The notes below the pieces were generated by a model. That model saw only the letters and a list, made by a program, of their open reading frames with translations, made no database searches and was not told the DNA's origin. A stretch of 64,000 bases of DNA, taken from Phaeosaccion multiseriatum. Its lineage: Eukaryota; Protista; Ochrophyta, other classes. The stretch lies in NCBI GenBank assembly GCA_965112735.1, contig OZ218961.1, positions 1,488,001 to 1,552,000 on the forward strand. The letters are read 5' to 3'. This document shows positions 27,801 to 36,946 of this stretch, piece by piece (the stretch's first letter is position 1; every line of letters starts with the position of its first letter). The position numbers were made by a program, and so were the translations under genes.

Positions 27801-30800
27801 CAGTGGCAGGTAAGTGTGCGCTTGGGGGAGGGGGGGAGGGGGGGAGGAGGGGAGAGGGAGTGAGGGAGGGGAGGGGGGAGGGGGGTGGGGAGCGAGGGAG
27901 CAAGGGAGGGAGGGGAGGGGGGAGGGGGGGGAGGGAGGTTGCTTCAATCCTGATCTTCTTATTGACTTATTCTTACCTTGTCCCCTCGCGCATCTCCTTC
28001 TCCTCCTCCTCCTCCTCCTCCTCCTCCTCCTCAGGTGGCCGGACTCCCCACCGACTCTCTATCCACCCAAAACGGCATCATCATGGACACGGCTCGGCGT
28101 TGGGCTCTGCTCATCGACCCGCAGGGACAGGCCAACCGATTCATTAAGAACATGGGCAGGGATCCCGGGCTGTGCAAGAACGGGATGGACGTTGTCAAGC
28201 TGAGCGACAAGAAGTTTCTGCAGCAGCTTGAGAATGCTGTTAGATTCGGTGAGGGAGGGGAGGAGAGGGAGGGAGGAGGGAGGGAGGGAGGGAGGGAGGG
28301 AGGGAGGGAGGGAGGGAGGGAGGGAGGGAGGGAGGGAGAGAGGGAGGGAAGGAGGGAGGGAGGGAGGGAAGGAAGGAGAGGAGGAGGGGAGAGGTGGACT
28401 CTTATGCGATGATGGCACGTCACATCCGACACTTGACACGTCACCCCCGACCCTGACCCCCGAATGGCACGCGATGGATGGCACCAAATGGCACCTTACC
28501 TTACCGTACCGTACCGTACCTTACCTTACCTTATTATACCTTCAGGCAAGTGGATTCTGCTGGAAAACATCGGGGAAGTGCTGGACGCAGCACTGGAACC
28601 CATACTGCTGCAGCACAAGTTCAAACAGGGCGGCCAGGACATGATCAAGTTAGGGGAGAACACCATTCCTTACCACGAGGACTTCAGACTGCTCATCACC
28701 ACTAAGCTGCCGAACCCCAACTACGCTCCTGAAGTACAGGTTAGAAGGGAGGGAGAGGAGGAGGTAGAGGGGGGGAGAAGATATACAGTGGTGGAGAGGC
28801 GGAGGGAGAGGGAGAGAGAGGGAGAGAGAGGGAGAGAGGAAACGTAAAGGACCAAAAGAGCGGCCCAACCAGCATGTGATTGAACCCTTCGCTTGCGAAT
28901 GTTACCCCTCCCCTCCCTTTGCGGCCTTCCCAGTCACTCACTCACTCACTCACTCACTCCCCCGCCCACCCACCCACTCACTCACATACTCACTCCCTCA
29001 CTTACTCACTCGCTCACTCCCTCACTCACTCACTCACTCACTCACTCACTCACTCACTCACTCACTCACTCACTCACTCACTCACTCACTCCCTCACTCT
29101 CTCACTCTCTCACGCAGTCACTTACTCACTCACTCACTCACTCGCTTTCTTACTCGCTCAGTCACTCACTCACTTCCTCACCCACTCACTCACTCACTCA
29201 CTCCCCTCCTGCTGCATGTCCTCAGGTGAAGGTGTCTCTGATGAACTTCACCATCACCATCAAGGGTCTGGAGGAGCAACTGCTCGTCACATGTGTGTCG
29301 GAGGAGCTACCGGACCTCGCAGAGAGGAAGGTGCAGCTCGTGGTCAACAATGCAAAGATGAACATTGAGCTCTACAACATAGAGAGCAACATCCTGCAGC
29401 TACTCAGTGAGAGTGAGGGGAACATCTTGGACAACACGCAGCTCATTCAGACGTTGGCAGAGGCCAAGGTCACCTCCACGGACATTAAGGCCAAGATGAG
29501 TGAGGCGGCGGAGACGGAGAAGGAGATTGAGATCAGAAGCGAGGAGTATCGGTGAGTGAGTGAGTGAGTGAGTGAGTGAGTGAGTGAGTGAGTGAGTGAG
29601 TGAGTGAGTGTGAGGAGTGAGTGAGTGAGTGAGTGAGGAAGTGAGGGAGGGGAGGGAGGGAGGGAGGGAGGGAGGGAGGGAGGGAGGGAGGGAGGGAGGG
29701 AGGGAGGGAGGGAGGGAGGGAGGGAGGGAGGGAGGGAGGGAGGGAGGGAGGGAGGGAGTGAGTCAGTGAGTCAGTGAGGGGGGGGGGAGGAGGGGCAGTG
29801 AGTTAGGATAGGAGGGCAGTGCTTGATGTCAGTCCGTCAGTGAGGGTGCGCGCGAGCGTGCGTGGGTGTGTGCGTGTGGGCGTGAGTCACAGTGGGTAAA
29901 TAAGTCTCTACGTGGTTTGGGGGGGCGGGGGGTACAGGGCCTGCTAAGCCCTAATCGTCTCCACCTTCTCCTCTTCTCTCTCCCCCCCCCCTCCCTCCCT
30001 CCCTCCCTCCCAGTCCCGTGGCCAAGCGTGCGTCGCTGCTCTACTTCTGCCTTGCCGACCTCGCTGTGGTGGACCCCATGTACCAGTACTCTCTGCCCTG
30101 GTTCGTGGCTCTCTTTGTCAAGGCGTGTGCCAACGCCCCCCCCTGCATAGAGCTGTCGGAGCGGCTAGTGTGTCTTGCCGACTTCTTTACTTTCAGCGTG
30201 TATGTGAATGTGTGCCGCTCTCTGTTTGAGAACCACAAGCTTCTTTTCTCCTTCCTCCTCACCATCAAGGTCAGTGCGTGAGTGCGTGTGTGTGCGTACG
30301 TGTGGTATCACCAGCTCCTGCTGTGCTGCTGCTACTCCTGCTGTATCACCAACTGCTGCTACTGCTCAGGGATGGACGCGTGACAAAGGCCGACCCGCTC
30401 TGAGGCCTCACCTCTCGCCCCTCACCCCTCACACCTCACACCTCACACCTCACACCTCATACCTCATGTCTCACACCTCAAGCCTCACCTCACACACCTC
30501 ACCCCTCACCCTTCACCCCTCACCCTCCACTTCTCATCGCTCACCCCCCTACCCCATCCACTGCCATCCTCTGACTCCTCCCTGGCCCCATCCACTGCCA
30601 TCCCCGTTCCCCGTCAGCTGCTGCAAGGCGAGGACATGGTCGATCCTCTGGAGTGGCGCTATCTCATCAGCGGCTTCACCCCCAGCAGGAGCAATGCACC
30701 CAATCCCGACCCCTCGTGGGTGGAGAGCAATGTGTGGGACGAGGTGTGTGCCATGGCGGGCCTGCCCTTCTTCGCCGCTCTGCCGGAGGACTTTAGCGGG

Positions 30801-33800
30801 GAGAAGAAGGCGTGGAGAGGGATGTTCGACGACAACGAGGTGAGTGAGTAAGTGAGTGAGTGAGTGAGTGAGTGAGTGAGTGAGTGAGTGAGTGAGTGAG
30901 TGAGTGAGTGAGGGAGTGAGTGAGTGAGTGAGGGAGGGAGTGAGGGAGGGAGTGAGTGAGTGAGTGAGTGAGTGAGGGAGTGAGTGAAGGAGTGAGTGAG
31001 TGAGTGAGTGAGTGAGTGAGTGAGTGAGTGAGTGAGTGAGTGAGGGAGGGACAGAGGGGAGGGAGGCAGTGAGTGGGCGAGTGAGTGAGTGAGTGAGTGA
31101 GTGAGTGAGTGAGTGAGTGAGTGAGTGAGTGAGTAAGTGAGTGAGTGAGTGAGGGGGTGAGTGAGTGAGTGAGTGAGTGAGTGAGTGAGTGAGTGAGTGA
31201 GTGAGTGAGTGAGTGAGTGAGTGAGTGAGGAGTGAGTGAGTGAGTAGTGAGGGGGTGAGTGAGGGAGTGGGGCAGTTAGCGGGTGAGTGTCAAGCGACAT
31301 ACGAGAGGAGAGTGACATGGAGTGCATTCCTTTCCTTTCCCCTCCCCCTTCCTTCCTTCCTTCCTTCCTTCGAGCTCCTTCCTTCCTGGGACACGTTTGC
31401 TCGCAGCATGCATTCATCTATCCTCCCTGGGCAGGTCCTCTCTGTGCAGGTCCAGCCCTCCACCACACCCCCCTGACGGTCCCCCCCCCCCCCACCCACT
31501 GCCCCCCCCCCCCCTCAGCCGCAAGTGTACGTGTGTCCGTCTCCATACAACCTCGTCCCCGGAGGCAAGACCAAGGACGCTCCCTCTGGCGGGCAAGAAG
31601 GGAAGAAGGAAGGGGAGGAAGGCTCCCCCTCAGGGAGCTTCTCAGGGCCGCACGTGGCGGGTTGGATGAGGCGAATGTGCATCATTCGGGCGCTTCGGAA
31701 AGACAAGATGATGGAGTGCATGCAGGCAAGGAGTAGGAGTGCTCTCTGGAACGAGTAGGACTCACGCCACACTCACTCCTCCTGTCTCTCTAAGCAAGTC
31801 ACGCCACTCTCGCTCCTCTCTCTCCTCTCTCTCTGTCCCCGCACGTCGGCCTAAACTTTTCTCTCTCTCTCTCTCTCTCTGTGTGTATCTCTCTCTCTCC
31901 CCTGCCCAGAACTTTGTGATTGACATAATGGGCAGCCGATTCGTGGAGCCGCCGCCCTTCAACCTGCGGTCCTGCTTTGACGACAGCACCACCACCACCC
32001 CCCTCATCTTTGTGCTCTCCACGGGCTCCGACCCAAACAAGGACCTGCTGCAGGTGCGATGGCAGTGGATGGTAGTGGATGCTGCAGCACATGCTGTCTG
32101 TCTGTCTGTCTGTCTGTCTCTGTCTGTCTGTCTGTCGGTCTGTCTGTCTGTTTTTCTCCGATGCCAGCCGCGCCGCCTTCTCATCCAAGTGCTCGTGTTC
32201 GCTTCCTCTCCTTCGGCCCATACGCCTATCTGCGCGTGCCCTCTCCCCCTCCCTCTCCCCCTCCCCCTCCCCTCCGCCTTGTTACCCATATGCCTCTCCT
32301 CCCTCGCCCTTGTCCATACGCCTATCTACACCTGCCCATATGCCCGCAGCTGGCGGAGGACATGGGTATGATGGACAAGCTCCGCTCCATCGCTCTCGGG
32401 CAGGGACAGGGCACCATCGCGGCCAAGCTCGTGGAGCAAGGGGTGTCGGAGGGAAACTGGGTAAGTCAAGGGGAGAGGTGGAGAGAGGGAGTGGGGTGGG
32501 TGGGTAAGTCAATGAGGGGGTGGGTGGGTAAGTCATTGAAGGGGTGGGTGGGTAAGTCAATGAGGGGGTGGGTGGGTAAGTCAATGACGGAGGGAGGGAG
32601 GGAGGGAGGGAGGGAATGAGTGACTGAGTAAGTCACTGGGGAGTGAGTGGGTAGGCATGTCTCTAAACGTGTGTCTGACAAGTGGGTGGGTATGTGTCTA
32701 AACATGTCTGACAATGTATCCGGACGTCGATGCCGATTCCCTCATCTGTCGGCCTTGTCGGCCTTGCTCCCTCCCCTCCCCTGCAGGTCCTGCTGCAGAA
32801 CTGCCACTTGAGTATCTCTTGGATGCCCGATCTCGAGAGGATCTGCGAGGAGCTTGACCCTGCGCAGGTGTGTGTGTGTGCAGGGGGCGGGGGGGGGTTG
32901 CCTGCGTAATGTGTGTGTACACACAGAGAGCTCATGTCCTCATGCGCTCTGCTCTACTCTGTATCACCAACTGCTCTACTCTCCTGTCCTCTCCTCTCCT
33001 CTGCACCCCTACCCTTTCCAGACGCACTCGGACTTCCGCATGTGGTTGACCTCCAAGCCCAGCCTGTCCTTCCCCACGGCCATTCTGCAGAACGGCGTGA
33101 AGATGACTAAGGAACCCCCCAAGGGCCTCAAGGCGAATCTCAAGGCCACGTACATGAAGATGGACGATGACGTCATCAGCAAGACAAACAAGCCCAAGGA
33201 GTACCGCAAAATGCTCTTCGGTGAGTGTCACTGAGGGCCGCAAGTGATGTTGGGGGGGGGGGGTGAGGGGATGATGGGTGCTTTGTGTGTTGGAGGGAGG
33301 GGAAGGCGGCAAGCCGGAAGGGCGGACAGCCCCCCTCTCCAGTCTCTCTCTGCTCCCTTCATGGATGGCAGTAGAAGGAGTTGTTGTGCGGCTGGGTGGC
33401 TGGGTGGCTGTGTGACTGTGTGGCCGTATGTGCAGGATCAGTGAGCCCCCTCTCACGCCTCTCCCCTTCCCCTCTCCCCTCTCTCCGCCCCCTCCCATCC
33501 CGCTCCCCCTCAGGCCTTTGCTTCTTCCACGCTGTTGTTGTGGAGCGTAAGAAGTTCGGTGCTCTTGGCTGGAACGTGCCGTACGAGTTCAACGAAACAG
33601 ACCTCGACATCTGCGTAGCGCAGGTGGGTGTCAAGACTAACGCACGCACACACGCACACACGTGCATACGCATGGACGCATGGAGGGACGGTGTGCTGCT
33701 TGAAAAGAGGTTGTTCCGCGCTGCCCTCACCTGCTGGCCACTCACTCTCACCCTCGCTCTTTCCCCTACCCTTGCTCTTACCACTTGTCCTTCTTGTCCT

Positions 33801-36059
33801 GCCCCGTCACTGTCCTGACACAAACTACCCAGCTGGAGATGTATGTGGAGCAATACGACGAGATCCCCTACCAGGTGCTCAGGCAGCTCACCAGCGTGGT
33901 CAACTACGGAGGGAGAATCACAGATGACAAGGACATGCGTACTGCCAACATCCTTGTGGCCAACTTCTACCGAGCAGAAATCTTGCAGGTAAGCGAGGGA
34001 GGGAGGGAGGAAGGAAGGAAGGAAGGAAGGAAGGAAGGAAGGAAGGGAGGGAGGGAGGAATGAAGGAAGGAAGGAAGGAAGGAAGGAAGGAAGGAAGGAA
34101 GGAAGGAAGGAAGGGAGGGAGGGAGGAAGGGATGGAGGGAGGGAGGGAGGGAGGGAGGGAGTGGGTGGGTGAGTGAGTGAGTGATTGAGTGAGTGATTGA
34201 GTGAGGGAATAACCAGCTGGCTGACTGACTGGATGATTGACTGACTGACTGACTGAGTAGTGGAACTGTGGAGAAGGCGCTTCGAGCCTACGACCTCAAA
34301 CTTGCAATGCCGTGTGTCATACCCCTAACAAGCTCTGTGTGCCTATTCTCCTCCTCTCCTTCCCACATAGGACGACTTCCCCTTCTCACGAAGCGGCAAG
34401 TACTGTTCCATCACCGCCGACCCCGACAGCCCCATGCAGTCGTACCTAAGTTACATCGACGGGCTGCCCATGAACGCCGAGCCCGAAGTGTTCGGCATGC
34501 ACGAGAACGCCTCCATCACGTGCGCCATCGCAGAGACGGAGGACAACTTTGCCCTCATCCTCAGCATGCAGCCGCGCACGGGAGGGGGGGGGGGCATCTC
34601 CAGAGAGACGCTCATCGGAGACTGTGCTGCGGGTAAGACGCGTCATGACACTTCACCGTTCCGTCCTTCCGTCCTTCCGTCCCTCCCTCCCTCACCCTGA
34701 CCCCACCCTCCCTCCGTCCCTCCGTCCTTCTGTCCCCCACCCCCACCCTTCCTTCCTCTTCACCCCACACAGCCATGGAGAAGGACATGGTCTCCCCCTT
34801 CGACATTGAGATGCTCATGATGCGCTACCCCACCAACTACCACGAGAGCAACAACACCGTGCTGGTGCAAGAGGCGCAGAGGTACAATAACCTCATTGTG
34901 GTGATGCAGAGGACTCTCAAGGAGCTGCAGAGGGCACTCAGGGGGTTGGTGGTGCTCTCCGCCGAGCTCGAGGCAATGGGGAACAGCATCTATGACCAGC
35001 AAGTGCCCGAAGTGTGGCAGAACAAGGCATATCCGTCGCTTAAGCCGCTGGCGCCTTGGTTTAAGGACTTGCTGGATAGGGTTGCTTTTATGGCCAAGTG
35101 GGTGGAAGAGGGCATTCCTGCGACCTTCTGGATCAGGTGAGGAGAGGGGAGGGGAGGGGAGGGGGGGGGGAGGGAAGGAGAGGGGTGGGGGGGGGGAGGG
35201 AAGGAGAGGGGAGAGGAGGGGGGGGGTGGGGAGGGGAGGGGAGGGGAGGGGGGGAGCGGAGAGGGGAAGAGCCAGGAGAGGAGAGGAGAGAGGGAGAGGG
35301 GAGGGGAGGGGAGGGGAGGGGGGGACGAGAGGAGAGGAGAGGAGAGGGAGAGGGGAGGGGAGAGGAGAAGAGGAAAGGGGGGGAGAGGTGAGGAAGGAGA
35401 GAAGAGGGAGAGGGGAGGGGGGGGATGGGAGGACTCGAGACGAGAGCAAAGGAGAGGAGAGGAACCGTTGCCTGCATCCGACCACTTCCCCGAGGAGTTC
35501 ATTACAGCAGAAGCTCACCCCACCGCCCCTGTGTTGCTCTCTCGTCCGCAGCGGCTTCTTCTTCCCGCAAGGCTTCTTGACGGCCGCCCAGCAGAACTAC
35601 GCCAGAAAGCACAACCTGCCCATCGACAGCCTGAGCTACAGCTTCACCATCGTCGACGAGGCCCCCTCACAGCTGGCGGCCCCCGAGGACGGTGTGTACG
35701 TGTACGGGCTCTTCCTGGAGGGGGCTCGCTGGAGTGCCGAGAGCCACGTGCTTGTGGACCCCCGTCCCAAGGAGCTCTTCTCTCCGATGCCCACCATGCT
35801 GCTCATGCCGGAGAAGGATCGGAAAGCGCCCACAGAGGGCATCTACAGATGTCCGGTGTACAAAATCTTGACTCGAACAGGGGTGCTGTCCACGACTGGG
35901 CACTCCACCAACTTCATCTTCTGGATGGAAATTCCGACACGCGACAACTCGTGCCAAAGGGACAGTCTCGTCAGTGAAACGAACCAACAGTGCCTCTTTG
36001 TAGACAACGAATTTTGGATCAGGGCTGGTGTAGCTGCTTTCTGTAGCCTAAAATACTAG
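1381..36059 (+). CDS. DNAH1: Axonemal inner-arm dynein heavy chain, DNAH1-like; 69 exons, ~4,439 aa
   Basis: Hand-spliced frame-consistent exons: 1381-1842,1974-2363,2665-3040,3264-3531,3680-3785,4020-4112,4335-4504,4955-5231,5505-6056,6307-6522,6769-6963,7202-7524,7776-7854,8427-8528,8820-9008,9240-9368,9581-9667,9779-9868,9979-10137,10491-10619,10939-11139,11366-11539,11875-12033,12349-12483,12820-12879,13069-13162,13728-14056,14342-14476,14868-15005,15316-15375,15470-15619,15894-15977,16233-16346,16686-16766,16964-17233,17547-17734,17949-18048,19369-19434,20011-20125,20397-20627,20878-21163,21399-21507,21764-21952,22199-22276,22513-22749,23067-23180,23357-23518,23929-24078,24415-24654,25076-25498,25783-25896,26248-26495,26957-27113,27627-27809,28035-28248,28546-28739,29226-29551,30014-30269,30618-30839,31519-31725,31910-32053,32350-32460,32787-32867,33022-33220,33514-33623,33833-33988,34371-34632,34773-35136,35552-36059. 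Motifs: P1 [19 protein letters not shown]2 GPTGGGKS, P3 GPTGTGKT, P4 GVGGSGRQS, stalk, C-terminal [10 protein letters not shown]...[15 protein letters not shown]-terminal LPLHFFDD and [13 protein letters not shown] resemble the DNAH1 subfamily; the subfamily call and start codon are less certain than the family call. Confidence 0.93.
4533..4710. repeat. (GGGGA)n purine repeat, 5' part of dynein intron 7
   Basis: Direct reading. Confidence 0.9.
7875..8299. repeat. (GTA)n microsatellite with (GGA)n interruptions, dynein intron 13
   Basis: Direct reading. Confidence 0.95.
13199..13472. repeat. (GGGA)n microsatellite, dynein intron 26
   Basis: Direct reading; the same unit recurs at about 12515-12620, 27118-27482, 28278-28370, 29644-29757. 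Confidence 0.95.
18164..19335. repeat. (ACACTC)n degenerate hexamer array, ~1.2 kb, dynein intron 37
   Basis: Direct reading; accounts for the His/Thr/Ser-rich 475-aa ORF. Confidence 0.95.
19615..19993. repeat. (CACT)n array at 3' end of dynein intron 38
   Basis: Direct reading; same unit at 28934-29200. Confidence 0.9.
23550..23780. repeat. (GGTT)n array, 5' part of dynein intron 47
   Basis: Direct reading. Confidence 0.9.
24748..24918. repeat. (CCTG)n array, dynein intron 49
   Basis: Direct reading. Confidence 0.9.
26540..26722. repeat. (AAAC)n array, dynein intron 52
   Basis: Direct reading. Confidence 0.95.
27118..27482. repeat. (GGGA)n array, 5' part of dynein intron 53
   Basis: Direct reading. 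Confidence 0.95.
30840..31265. repeat. (GTGA)n array starting at the splice donor of dynein intron 59
   Basis: Direct reading; same arrangement at 24079-24256 and 29552-29645. Confidence 0.95.
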
Positions 36060-36946
36060 ATAGTGTAATAGTGAGCTTGAAGTGGTCGATTTCCCCTTCT
36101 TCTCTGCAGCCCTACCTCTCAACCTCCACGTATAACACACGCACACGCACGGCAGGGATATGAAGGGAGAGAGCATTAGCTGCAAGCATCCCCCCCTCCA
36201 TCCATCCCTTCCGATATGCGGCCTCGACCGCGCACGCACGCACACACACGTCAGGCGATTTAACGGCCTGGGCTTGCGCGCGGGCACGTCCAGTAGCCTT
36301 AAACATTGCTTTCTTGTAGCCTTAATCAATACTTGTACTTGGCTCCGTAGCCGTAAATTAATAAATAGAACTACGTAGTACTTCGAAGTACGAAGTATAG
36401 GTAATGAAGTTGCTCCCGGGCGCGTCATGTTGCTGGCAGTCCACTTGCTCACTTGCTCACTTGCTCACTTGCTGGTCCTGCTGGAGGCTGGTGTACAGCT
36501 GGTGTACAGCTGGTGTACAGCTGGTGGCGTTGGCCTTGGCGCTGGTCACGCTTGGCTTGGCTTGCGAATCCTCGTGAAGCGCATATTGGAAGACTCGCTT
36601 TAAGCTTCGATGCCCTCTCCAAGAAAAGCCGAGCTCGCTGTGAGGGAAGAGTTGCCAGCACTTCCAGGCCACACTCAGTTTCCTGACACCCAGTACCTCC
36701 AGGCCACACTCAGTTTCCTGACACCCAACAGACGCAGCAGCCACCTCTGGTAGACAGCTCAGCTCAGCTCTATATAAAGCAGAGTAGCAGTAGCAGCATC
36801 AAATCAGCAGAGTCTGAGGCCACGCCTGAGGAGTGCATTCCATTCCATGGCAGGGAGGGAGAGGTCGGGGCATGGGCACAAAGGAACAAAGCAAAGCAAG
36901 GGCTCCACCACCTTTAGGGCTCCACCACCTTCACTTCATGCCCGCT

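Noticed and set aside
32461-32590. CRISPR-like regularly spaced repeats
   Set aside because: Head-to-tail 24-bp units with no unique spacers, in a eukaryotic intron, no cas genes.
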